From: a virus | DNA length: 56,326 nucleotides | IMG/VR virus record: IMGVR_UViG_3300016665_000747 | Location: 1-56,326 of that record | Strand: one strand, 5' to 3' | Part shown: piece after piece, positions 26,693 through 35,463 of the stretch | How positions within the stretch are numbered: position 1 is the stretch's first letter | Layout of the letters: every line of letters begins with the position of its first letter | Made by a program: the position numbers and the translations under genes | Notes under the pieces: generated by a model | What the model was told of the DNA's origin: nothing | Database searches by the model: none | What the model saw: only the letters and a program-made list of their open reading frames with translations

Positions 26693-28210
26693 TCATCCTC
26701 TTAAATAGCTCTCTAAAGATCTTGAACGAGGAGGAAGATTTACCTTGCCTCCTCTTTTGTGTTTGCGGATATTTTCTCTGAAAACATCAAGCTTGCGTGC
26801 TCCTGCTGCATTATTACCATCCCCTAAATCAGATACTGTCGATGCATCAAACACATATTCACCGTCGCTTAACTTAGCATCAATTAAATCATCCTGACCC
26901 CCGCTATTGCCGCTTAAATAACCTATAGGGCTAGCAGGATAATAAGTTTCTTCCATCAAGTAAGCATAAGGACTATGTGCACTCCCGCCACCTTTCATTC
27001 TAAGCGGCCGCCCTTCCTCATCCTCATACTCAAGCCAGCGGCCTGTTCTTGCAAACTCCTCAGGTGATACGACACGCCTTTGAACAGAACCCATGTTCTT
27101 TATATCTTCTTCCAGCCGCTTGTTTTTTTGCTTTTTTTGTAAATCGGCACGTGCGGTTTCTAGTGCCTCGTCAGCTTCAATCTCGGCAATAGTCTTACGG
27201 CTTGCGTTGCGATACCTTCGCTCTTCTTCTGCTATTTTCTCTGGACTCTTTGGCTTTTCTCTACCTAAATACTGAGCAGCAGTAGTTCCAAGCGTTAGTA
27301 AATTCTTTGGCTCGGTTAGATAATCTTTTAATTTATCCGTAAAACCCATATTGTCTTGTTTTTTCTGTCTATCAAGCATGTAATTATAATAGTTCTCTGC
27401 ATAATCCCCGCTACTGACACCTAAACCTTGACCTCTTCCTGTACCCATACCCGAAGAAAGTGCAGTTGTAGCGCTAAGACCGCCACTTACATAAGGATTA
27501 CTTCCTCCAAGCCCGAACAGTCCACTACTACCACTTGAGTTACCCATGCCTAAAGCAGGTAATATCGCATTAGTACTGCCGTAATTGCTAAGACTAGAGC
27601 CAAGAGCCGTTGCTCCTAGCTTGCTTGCTCCCCATCCAAGTCCTGAGAGAGCAGAAGGAAGAGCTGCCCCCATACCTGCTCCTTTTAAAGCTCCGCCGAG
27701 TGCACTCTTACCTCTTGCTGCATGCTGAGCTCCCTGACCGATAGCACCGCCAATAATACCGCCTATTCCGGGCGCAATCATATTACCGATAACTGCTCCT
27801 GCTCCACCCCCTATTACACTTCTTATCGCTTTCCATGGTTTTTTCCAAAAACTGTACTCACGAAGTCCAGTAGCAGGATTAATTGTCCCACTTCCTCCTA
27901 AACTTTTTAATATGTGAGCTTCAATAGGATTAATATGGGCAAGCTCGGTATCGCCATTCCTTCCGTGTCTTCTAATCAGATCGGCAAGCCTAGGCAAATC
28001 TTCCTCTTTAACCGAACCTCCTTCTTTAAAAGCATACTGCGCTCCCCTAGTATCGTAAGCATTACTATAAAACATATCATGATCGCCGTAACCTCCACCT
28101 TCATAACGAGAATCAGGCATTTGATTATCGCCATCAGAAGCTAAGTTATAAGGATCGGAGGTATTATAAGGGTAGTTATAGGTATTTAAATATGGATCGT
28201 AATTTTGCAT
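26693..28210 (-). CDS. Hypothetical protein (505 aa) with glycine-zipper membrane region, same operon
   Basis: Motif DTELAHINPIEAHILKSLGGSGTINPATGLREY, then a ~130-aa G/A/S-rich hydrophobic region (GGGAGAVIGNMIAPGIGGIIGGAIGQG...), and a C-terminal GEYVFDASTVSDLGDGNNAAGARKLD segment. Confidence 0.5.
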   Translation of the reverse strand: MQNYDPYLNTYNYPYNTSDPYNLASDGDNQMPDSRYEGGGYGDHDMFYSNAYDTRGAQYAFKEGGSVKEEDLPRLADLIRRHGRNGDTELAHINPIEAHILKSLGGSGTINPATGLREYSFWKKPWKAIRSVIGGGAGAVIGNMIAPGIGGIIGGAIGQGAQHAARGKSALGGALKGAGMGAALPSALSGLGWGASKLGATALGSSLSNYGSTNAILPALGMGNSSGSSGLFGLGGSNPYVSGGLSATTALSSGMGTGRGQGLGVSSGDYAENYYNYMLDRQKKQDNMGFTDKLKDYLTEPKNLLTLGTTAAQYLGREKPKSPEKIAEEERRYRNASRKTIAEIEADEALETARADLQKKQKNKRLEEDIKNMGSVQRRVVSPEEFARTGRWLEYEDEEGRPLRMKGGGSAHSPYAYLMEETYYPASPIGYLSGNSGGQDDLIDAKLSDGEYVFDASTVSDLGDGNNAAGARKLDVFRENIRKHKRGGKVNLPPRSRSLESYLRG

Positions 28211-28288
28211 TCTTGCCTCTAGTCTATAACAAAAATAAAAGCTTTATTTTTATTATAACAGAAACAATTCTAATCCATGTTTTTTCGT

Positions 28289-28316
28289 AAAAAAAAGGAG
28301 CTAAAAACTTAGCCCC
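28289..28316 (-). terminator. Rho-independent terminator after recT (minus strand)
   Basis: The minus-strand RNA forms ggggcuaa-guuu-uuagcucc (8-bp stem including one G.U pair) followed by eight U residues. Confidence 0.65.
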
Positions 28317-28396
28317 TAAAAACAGAAAAAAACGTGTAATTGAGTGTGCTCACATTAACATATTTTAATAAGCAAATCTAGGTGTATTTTCTAAAC

Positions 28397-29212
28397 TTAC
28401 GCTGCCTCCATATCTTGTGAATAGTTATACTGCTCGTTAATATATTTTATACAAGCCAGTTGCCTTTCCTCCCCTAAATCGGCAATACTTTCAACACCAG
28501 CTTTGCTACACCACTTGGTTATTATATCGCTTGATACATTATGCAGTTTAACAAGTTCTATTAATTCGGCTAGAGTTTCGCTCGGCTCTTGAACTTTGAC
28601 CTCTTCTTCTTCTAGTACAATGTGATCAAGTTTGTTACTTAGCATATCAGTTTTTGAGATAGGTGTTACGTCCTTTTCTGGCGTATCTACTACCTGATAG
28701 TCTTGTGCTTCTTCAACTGTTATCAAACCTCCTAAAGCATCAGCAAACTTATCTCTAAGAGCAAAACCTCTAGCTCTCATCTGCATCATTCTTTTTGGGT
28801 ACTGAGTCCATGGACCGCTTTTACCCCATAAACCGGCTTTTTTAGCATCTTCTATGCTAAAGCTTACAGTATGCTCAGTTTGGTTCTTACGCTTAACTCT
28901 GCAAAATGCCGTATTTGTTTTCTCATCATACCACTCCTTGATATCTTCAAATGACGGATGGGCCTGTACAAGAGCAAGTAAAGCATCGCCATACACAGAG
29001 GGTTTGCCATTAATAACTGCTATATTCTGTAAAGCCTGTATAGGCTTTAATCCAAGTTCAGCTCCCATCTGTACAGCAACTAAAATATCGCCTGCTTTAC
29101 CCTGATAAGTTTTTGGCACCATAGCGCTATTTGCTATAATCGTAGCATATTCCATAGCTTCTTTTAAATTACTAGGTGTTAATAACGTTGTTTTTACTGC
29201 TATGTTACTCAT
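28397..29212 (-). CDS. recT: RecT-family single-strand annealing protein
   Basis: ...IANSAMVPKTYQGKAGDILVAVQMGAELGLKPIQALQNIAVINGKPSVYGDALLALV... follows the RecT core pattern. It is paired with a YqaJ exonuclease. Confidence 0.85.
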   Translation of the reverse strand: MSNIAVKTTLLTPSNLKEAMEYATIIANSAMVPKTYQGKAGDILVAVQMGAELGLKPIQALQNIAVINGKPSVYGDALLALVQAHPSFEDIKEWYDEKTNTAFCRVKRKNQTEHTVSFSIEDAKKAGLWGKSGPWTQYPKRMMQMRARGFALRDKFADALGGLITVEEAQDYQVVDTPEKDVTPISKTDMLSNKLDHIVLEEEEVKVQEPSETLAELIELVKLHNVSSDIITKWCSKAGVESIADLGEERQLACIKYINEQYNYSQDMEAA

Positions 29213-29312
29213 TTTCTTGCATTTCCTCCTCTTCTATTTTCTTGTTAAAATTTCTATACAAATTCAACACTTCTTTTAATGCGTCAATTATGCTCATTCC
29301 CCTCTTATTACT

Positions 29313-29528
29313 TTAACTATTTTTATATTGTATGATTAATCTATAACGTTTCTTTAATCTTTCTACGAAATCAGGATCAATACCCCTCTTGCCGTTTTCA
29401 AAATCACCAATATTTGAGGGATGGGTATGTAAAGCCTCGGCTATTTGAGGGATGGTCATACCTGCCTCTTGCCTTAATCTTTTCAATTTTTCCGCCTCTT
29501 CCTTAGTAGGTAATGGATATTTTCTCAT
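29313..29528 (-). CDS. XRE-type helix-turn-helix protein
   Basis: 71 aa with the HTH segment MTIPQIAEALHTHPSNIGDFENGKRGI. It lies between the exonuclease and recT. Confidence 0.6.
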   Translation of the reverse strand: MRKYPLPTKEEAEKLKRLRQEAGMTIPQIAEALHTHPSNIGDFENGKRGIDPDFVERLKKRYRLIIQYKNS

Positions 29529-30433
29529 TTAATTAAAAACATTCTTGATTGTTTTCCAGTGTTTAGACATTGTTCGTATACGTCCTTAAACATTTCCTTT
29601 AATTTATTAACGTCAACAAGCGATCTCGGCGTAGTATTCTTCCATGTAGCTTTCACATTGCCGTTAATGTCTATTAACACATCGTAATCCCGCATAAATT
29701 CTTGAATTTCAACTTTTAACTTTTCAATAATAGTCTGTATCCTACTTTCTTCTTCCTTTGCAGTTTTCAGTTGTTCCCATTTTTCCATAATGTTATCTTC
29801 TGCTACAATCTCCTGATGATTACTTTGCGGGAATAAGTTAAATGTATCCCTAGTATTAACGCATTTAGGCGGTATTCTTTTTTCTATATGGTTATGCCAG
29901 AAATTAACACCAATTTTAATAATTTTATCCTCTAAATCCTTATTTCTGTTATAAGTATAAATTCTAAAATCTTGACCGCCGATGAGTACTGCTATATCAA
30001 CCTTTGGTACATCGCATATACTTGCATAAAATGCACACTGGATAAGATAGGACTCAGGGATTTCGTCAGTTCCTACCTCACCCCATTCTTTGCCCTTATT
30101 AAAGCCAGCTGTTTTACATTCTAGAACATACTCTTTATCACCGACCCACCGATCAATATTAGCCCCTAAAAACTTCATTGAAGGGTGATAGATCGTGTTG
30201 GGTTCTATTTCTATCTTTTGACCGGTAACTTCTGCATACTCCTTAGCAACAGCTTCCTCTAAAAGGTTGCCCCATCTCATTGCGTCGTTAGTTTCCTCTC
30301 TAATATCACCGCTGGTTTTATCTAAATATACATCAAGAGCAGTCCTATAAGGATTAAGCCCGCAGATAGCACCCAAATCAGAGCCACCTATGTAATTCTT
30401 ACGCTCTCTTAACCACTCTTGTTTGCCTTGCAT
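29525..30433 (-). CDS. YqaJ-like (lambda Exo-type) recombination exonuclease
   Basis: N-terminal WLRERKNYIGGSDLGAICGLNPYRTALDVY is the YqaJ signature. PD-(D/E)XK-type residues follow (IDRWV...VLECKT). Confidence 0.85.
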   Translation of the reverse strand: MQGKQEWLRERKNYIGGSDLGAICGLNPYRTALDVYLDKTSGDIREETNDAMRWGNLLEEAVAKEYAEVTGQKIEIEPNTIYHPSMKFLGANIDRWVGDKEYVLECKTAGFNKGKEWGEVGTDEIPESYLIQCAFYASICDVPKVDIAVLIGGQDFRIYTYNRNKDLEDKIIKIGVNFWHNHIEKRIPPKCVNTRDTFNLFPQSNHQEIVAEDNIMEKWEQLKTAKEEESRIQTIIEKLKVEIQEFMRDYDVLIDINGNVKATWKNTTPRSLVDVNKLKEMFKDVYEQCLNTGKQSRMFLIK

Positions 30434-30779
30434 ATGAATAACCTCTTAACTTTTTTCTTTTCTTTTTAGTTCTAAACACTGACCCTTTAGATGAAAGGAC
30501 TAACTCTGAAATATAATCTATACAATCTTTTACTGCTTGCTCCTTATCTATGCTAGTAACCCATGCCTTCTTAGAGTTGTCATAACTTATGTCTCGAACA
30601 TAATGTTTTAAAATTATTATCAACTCTTTTAAGATATAAATAGCTATCTGATTTTGTTCTAAAACTTTATAAAAAATACACTGGCTTATATTTAATTTTC
30701 TAAGGTCTATCTCAATAGGATTACCATAGTAAGTAATAACAGGATAAACAGGAGGATATCTAAATGCTGCTTTTATCAT
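30399..30779 (-). CDS. Hypothetical early protein
   Basis: 126-aa ORF in a co-directional early operon. Confidence 0.45.
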   Translation of the reverse strand: MIKAAFRYPPVYPVITYYGNPIEIDLRKLNISQCIFYKVLEQNQIAIYILKELIIILKHYVRDISYDNSKKAWVTSIDKEQAVKDCIDYISELVLSSKGSVFRTKKKRKKLRGYSYARQTRVVKRA

Positions 30780-30963
30780 CGCTATTTATGTAATTCTTTA
30801 GTTCTTTATTTAATAAATCAAATTTTAACTTATTTAAAAGTTCATCTACTAAACGAGCATTTGGATTACTTGCAACATGCTCTTTATAACTATCTTCTTG
30901 CTTTTTTACGTGTTGCCTACTTTTCCACTCGTTGTAATATAGGTTTTCCATATCTAAGTTCAT
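30760..30963 (-). CDS. Hypothetical early protein
   Basis: 67-aa ORF that overlaps its neighbour by 20 nt. Confidence 0.4.
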   Translation of the reverse strand: MNLDMENLYYNEWKSRQHVKKQEDSYKEHVASNPNARLVDELLNKLKFDLLNKELKNYINSDDKSSI

Positions 30964-31019
30964 ATAACTACCATTATTTCTTTATTTATAACTTTCTGTA
31001 TTAATAGTTTAATGTATTC

Positions 31020-31277
31020 CTATAAATATTTTTTTATAAACGCAAATTCATCCAGCATCTCTTCATAGTGCGCTAAATGCTTAGAAAACTTGTGCGCTCT
31101 CTCTTCAAAAAATGATAAAGACATGTCCACAAACTGTTTTGGCACAACTACCCATTGATCATTAGTTTGAGACTTAAGCCACATAGATAATTCATGAGTA
31201 TTTACACCATCAATTTTAGTAAATAATAACCTCATAAACTCTTCTTTCGGAATAAAACGATCTTTTATTTCTGACAT
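31020..31277 (-). CDS. Hypothetical early protein
   Basis: 85-aa ORF. Confidence 0.45.
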   Translation of the reverse strand: MSEIKDRFIPKEEFMRLLFTKIDGVNTHELSMWLKSQTNDQWVVVPKQFVDMSLSFFEERAHKFSKHLAHYEEMLDEFAFIKKYL

Positions 31278-31278
31278 C

Positions 31279-31956
31279 TTAAACCTCTACCCCTCTTGAT
31301 TGTGAATAGTAAGAGTGTAACTCCTGATCATGTACGTAAGCATTATGCTCAGCTTCTTCTATTTCCTGCTCTAATGCTAGCATGTCATATTCGCTAGCAT
31401 CCCAATCTATACAATAGTCTTTTGCTCTCTCGAGTAAATACTCATATTTATCAATATCAACCATTAGCTGGTAATAATTATCGCCGTAGCTTTCATAAGG
31501 AATATTATAAATGGTAGCTCTCTCTATCTGCTGCTCTCTAAATGCTTCCCTAGCTCTCTCGCCGATCCTAGCAAATGTATCCCGAGCTGACTGTGATAAT
31601 TCCACAGGCTCACTTTTAGACTCATGAAATTTTGGTGTTTCGGTTATGTTGTCAGGTAGTTGATCTACTATTTTCTCTAAGGTTTCTTTAGCCTTTTTTC
31701 TTTCTTCGGAAATTCTAATAGCTTCTTTCTTAGCTTCTAAATTCTTTAAAATTTGCAAAGCTTCCTTCGGAGAAATCAATATTTGCCTTAAAGCCTCTTT
31801 AGCCTTAGCAACACTGATGTCTTCTAAGCTTAGCATAGTAGATTCGCAATTATGATATCTTTTATCAATTATACCATAGCTGATTTGATTAGTGATTTTA
31901 TCGTGATTTTTTCTACCTTGACATAAAGGTAGGGTTGAGATATTTTGCATATACAA
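31279..31956 (-). CDS. Hypothetical early protein (acidic, helical)
   Basis: 225-aa ORF, first gene after the 32041 terminator. Confidence 0.5.
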   Translation of the reverse strand: MYMQNISTLPLCQGRKNHDKITNQISYGIIDKRYHNCESTMLSLEDISVAKAKEALRQILISPKEALQILKNLEAKKEAIRISEERKKAKETLEKIVDQLPDNITETPKFHESKSEPVELSQSARDTFARIGERAREAFREQQIERATIYNIPYESYGDNYYQLMVDIDKYEYLLERAKDYCIDWDASEYDMLALEQEIEEAEHNAYVHDQELHSYYSQSRGVEV

Positions 31957-32040
31957 TTCTCTTTATTATTATTAAAGAAAAGTAAGAATTATTGGGTCTA
32001 GAAAACTGTTAAATTCTTACTACTTATTACAAAACATAAA

Positions 32041-32073
32041 ACGTCTTAAGCTTCGAACTTAAGGCGTTTTTTT
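32041..32073 (-). terminator. Hairpin plus T/A runs, candidate terminator downstream of the wHTH regulator gene
   Basis: acgtcttaag-cttcgaa-cttaaggcgt forms a 10-bp stem with one mismatch, flanked by A and T runs on both sides. Confidence 0.45.
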
Positions 32074-32142
32074 ATTGCCTTATAAGGTGAGTATAAAGGG
32101 GAAAGAGGATGCTGTCAACTAAAAAATTTTATTTTTTACAAC

Positions 32143-32472
32143 TTATTTTTTATTTAAACTTTTACCTGTTTCGTATGTTTCTATAAGCTCTTGGAGTTTT
32201 CTTTTTTTTGCATAATACACATAAATTCTGTTTTTTTCACGATTAACAAAACCACGATCCATTAAATGTTTTAAATGAATATTAGCGGCTTGCCTAGATA
32301 TATTGCTAGAATTTTTTATTGTTTCAGCTGTAACCCCACCTTTATCATCAAAGACTAATATATACTTTAATATTTCTTTTTGCCCCTTAGATAAGAATCC
32401 TGTAAAATCTATGGCTTGATTACATAAATTTATATTATTCATAATATTAAACTCTTTTCTCATATTAAACAA
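32143..32472 (-). CDS. Winged-helix transcriptional regulator (ArsR/MarR-like), candidate maintenance repressor
   Basis: TAETIKNSSNISRQAANIHLKHLMDRGFVNREKNRIYVYY shows an HTH plus wing pattern. It is transcribed divergently from the initiator-like gene at 32716. Confidence 0.5.
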   Translation of the reverse strand: MFNMRKEFNIMNNINLCNQAIDFTGFLSKGQKEILKYILVFDDKGGVTAETIKNSSNISRQAANIHLKHLMDRGFVNREKNRIYVYYAKKRKLQELIETYETGKSLNKK

Positions 32473-32715
32473 AAGCGTTGACTTTTTCCTTTATATATAA
32501 TTATGTATATAGGGTAACAAATTCTAATTTAAAAGATAGGAGAAAATTATGAAGTGAGATTTTACTGAATAGAAAGAACAGAGGAGCGTTTATTTTTGAA
32601 GAAAAACACACAAAAAACTCATAAACTTTTGCTAGTTATGAGAATAGGAGAATATTGCCTAATAGTCAAGTGTTTTTCTTTAAAAATTATAATTACTAAC
32701 AATTTTTAAAGAATT

Positions 32716-33747
32716 ATGGCAAAACAACAAACTTATACGGAATCGTACCACAACCAGCTATGCAAACTTTACTCATTTAAGGAAGAAAAAGCCCGCTATC
32801 GTAAGAGTTATATTGAATGGGACAAGATAAAGAGGGCTAATCAAAAGATTAAGCCAATTCGTCAAAAGTCTTTTTTTCTTAGCGATAAAGCAGCTAAATT
32901 ACTTAGTGTTATCGTAGCTAAACTGCTAAAAGATGAACGAGTATTCTTAAATCATAAATATATTTCCACATTTACACTTGTTGAAAGAAGACAGAATATA
33001 AGGATTATTGAAGAGCTAGCGGATATATTAGATATTTCTTACCATAATTCTATCACTTATAACGGCAAAAAATATCGGTTTAGTTATGAGTTTGGTTATA
33101 AGATGCAAAACCTTGAAAATACAGCTTTCGTAGAAAATTCTATCGTGACATTTAAGTCCCAAGAAAACGACCCTCTCTATATATATAATAAAAATAAAGA
33201 TATTGAAGATATAGATCTGCAATCTAATTTTTTACAAAATTCTGAAAGTTCAATTTTTCCTAAAAAACCTACCAAGCTAAAAACTAGACCTGCTAACGAG
33301 CGGAAAAAACCGACTAACGCCGAGCGTAAGGCAAGAATTTACCGGTTTAACCAGTACAGCGAGCCTCAAGGATTAAAGCACCATTACCCACTAAACAAGG
33401 ATGATAGTGCCAAGTTACAAAGCTTGTCAGGGCGAGACTTTAGCCTAAATGCGATGAATGAGATACTCCTGGATATGTCAAAACGGAAAGATAACCTGTT
33501 CTGCTCTAAAGCTCAATTTATGGCATATTTTGGTAAATGTCTGCGATTTGAGATGCGGGATGCCGTGGCGACTAGCAATGACAACTTCCGCATAAAAGCT
33601 AATATCATTGAGGAGGAAGTTCCGAAAAAACCTAAGATATTCAACGATGCGGAGCTAAAAGCCTATGACCTAGAGAATAGAACTACTGATGGTTTTCAAA
33701 GGCTATCGCCCCTTGGAATACTAGACAAATTGAAATTTAATAATTAA
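32716..33747 (+). CDS. Initiator-like protein, paralogue of 42938-44218
   Basis: An ungapped ~45-aa block, VFLNHKYISTFTLVERRQNIRIIEELADILDISYHNSITYNGKK, aligns with IFIDHDWISEITDCLTDQNLNLLKQLSDIFHFDYHRFIIFEGEK at about one third identity. Both proteins have basic linkers and similar C-termini. Confidence 0.4.
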   Translation: MAKQQTYTESYHNQLCKLYSFKEEKARYRKSYIEWDKIKRANQKIKPIRQKSFFLSDKAAKLLSVIVAKLLKDERVFLNHKYISTFTLVERRQNIRIIEELADILDISYHNSITYNGKKYRFSYEFGYKMQNLENTAFVENSIVTFKSQENDPLYIYNKNKDIEDIDLQSNFLQNSESSIFPKKPTKLKTRPANERKKPTNAERKARIYRFNQYSEPQGLKHHYPLNKDDSAKLQSLSGRDFSLNAMNEILLDMSKRKDNLFCSKAQFMAYFGKCLRFEMRDAVATSNDNFRIKANIIEEEVPKKPKIFNDAELKAYDLENRTTDGFQRLSPLGILDKLKFNN

Positions 33748-33756
33748 GGAGATTTT

Positions 33757-34134
33757 ATGAGCATTCATCCAAAAGAGTTAGTTAAAAACGACTACAAATA
33801 TTTCAAAGCGGTTATAGGCGTTTTAAGTAAAGAATTTGATTATTTGGGGAGACCAAAGGAAGTACTATCATTGAGCAAAGTATCTCAAATCACTAAAGGC
33901 AATAAGCCTGTTGCCGATTATATTATGATCGATAAAAATAAAACAACGGAATGTTTGTTTGAAATAGCACGTCATGGTCTAATCAATCAGGCAATCTCGT
34001 TTTACGGCAAAATTCTTGATTACAAGGAGGTGCAATTATATGACGGGATGAGTTTATTGAAGAACGAATCTTACTGCAAAATTGGATACATTAAAAACCT
34101 AAGGATTGGTTTTGAGAAGAAAGGAAAGAAATAA
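33757..34134 (+). CDS. Hypothetical protein
   Basis: 125-aa ORF 9 nt after the initiator-like gene. Confidence 0.5.
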   Translation: MSIHPKELVKNDYKYFKAVIGVLSKEFDYLGRPKEVLSLSKVSQITKGNKPVADYIMIDKNKTTECLFEIARHGLINQAISFYGKILDYKEVQLYDGMSLLKNESYCKIGYIKNLRIGFEKKGKK

Positions 34135-34141
34135 TATTTTT

Positions 34142-34291
34142 CTATTTAAAAAGTGCAATTAAAATAGCAAAATCAGTTACTAAAATACTTATAAAAAGTA
34201 ATGTAATAATCCATTCTAAAAGATCAGATTTTAACTCTAAAATGGCTAATTTAAGATCATTTTTAGTTGCTAATTTATTATTTTCATCCAT
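34142..34291 (-). CDS. Tail-anchored 49-aa membrane peptide, not in the ORF track
   Basis: [49 protein letters not shown]. Its ATG lies 8 nt inside the 3' end of vapD. Confidence 0.45.
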   Translation of the reverse strand: MDENNKLATKNDLKLAILELKSDLLEWIITLLFISILVTDFAILIALFK

Positions 34292-34574
34292 TCTTTTTCA
34301 CTATCTCGGTAAAATCTGACCAGTCTTCTACCTTAAAAGCTCTAATATCCCGTACTGAATCAGAGAACCACTGAACATTAGATAGTTTATTAATTACCTT
34401 GTAAACAGTTGTAAGGTCGTTTTTTTCATTTTTTGAAAGATAAAGACTGCCCTGTGTTCCAATAAAGCCTAAATCTTCCATCATGGCTCTAATTTCATCA
34501 TAAGCTTTATTATAAGGCTCGCCGTAATGTTCCTTTAACTTTGCTACTTCCATGTCGAATGATATTGCGTACAT
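34284..34574 (-). CDS. vapD: VapD (Cas2-like endoribonuclease, virulence-associated protein D)
   Basis: [10 protein letters not shown]...[24 protein letters not shown]...[29 protein letters not shown] matches VapD end to end (MYAIAFDL...GF...QGSLY...VRDIRAFRIEQWSDFT). Confidence 0.85.
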   Translation of the reverse strand: MYAISFDMEVAKLKEHYGEPYNKAYDEIRAMMEDLGFIGTQGSLYLSKNEKNDLTTVYKVINKLSNVQWFSDSVRDIRAFKVEDWSDFTEIVKKNG

Positions 34575-34587
34575 AATGTTTTACCAT

Positions 34588-35406
34588 TTAATTCTCGTCT
34601 TGTGGATCGTATGTATCCTCTCCATACAACCTAGTAATTTTGTATAGATTTGGGTTATCGTGAATATAAGAAACCTGAACATCTACTATATAACCTAAAT
34701 CTTGCCAGTTTTTATTAGGAAATTTTATATTAGATGACATAGCAAGTATTTGATCATTTTCATTATCAAAAATTACTTTTTTAGGTTTTTTATCAATTTC
34801 GGGAATTATAACTTTACCGCTATTACTATCATGTTTATCATTAAAATTAGCACTTGCCCAATACATTAAAACCTTAGAGTATTGTTTTGGTTGATCTTCC
34901 ATTAAATCTCCTGATTTTTTATTTAAACCATTTTGTATTGCATTTGCCTTTGTAGAATCAATGGTAATTATATTATTGATGATAGTATTATTGTTCCCTT
35001 TAACATCTATTACTAAATTGCTTCCATAATCATTTGCGGTTGGATTTATTATATCTGATAACTCTATAAAATCCTTTTTAGTTAATATATATTTTGTTTC
35101 TTTTGCAGTACCTAAAAAAAAGTCATAACAACTTTTTAAATAAGAACTAAATTCTATAATAGAATTTGCTTGATTAATTGTTTCCATAACTACAGGAATT
35201 AATTCCGCATATATAGAACCGCTTTCTAATTTTGATATATATAGTTTTCTTTGGTTTTTATTATAATCAAAGGAATCACTTCTTTTTAAAAAAGTGTCAT
35301 ACTGATTACCTAAAGCATTTAAAGAAGCAGTAAGTTGATTTAATTCAACAGGTTGATTGTTATTTAGTTTTATAGTTAACTTCACTTCATTATCTATATC
35401 TGTCAT
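34588..35406 (-). CDS. Orphan 272-aa protein upstream of vapD
   Basis: Very AT-rich, N/I/K-rich ORF with no motif I can recognise. It ends 13 nt upstream of vapD and starts 57 nt downstream of the resolvase gene. Confidence 0.55.
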   Translation of the reverse strand: MTDIDNEVKLTIKLNNNQPVELNQLTASLNALGNQYDTFLKRSDSFDYNKNQRKLYISKLESGSIYAELIPVVMETINQANSIIEFSSYLKSCYDFFLGTAKETKYILTKKDFIELSDIINPTANDYGSNLVIDVKGNNNTIINNIITIDSTKANAIQNGLNKKSGDLMEDQPKQYSKVLMYWASANFNDKHDSNSGKVIIPEIDKKPKKVIFDNENDQILAMSSNIKFPNKNWQDLGYIVDVQVSYIHDNPNLYKITRLYGEDTYDPQDEN

Positions 35407-35463
35407 ATTACCCTAATTTAAACTATTTTTCCTCACCATAGCACTAAACTAAGGTTAGTTCTA

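Noticed and set aside
23720-28144. Plus-strand ORFs 23720-23980, 24791-24982, 24967-25176, 26153-26344, 27093-27275 and 27914-28144
   Set aside because: All are antisense to the four long minus-strand genes. They are Leu/Phe/Ser-rich shadow frames.
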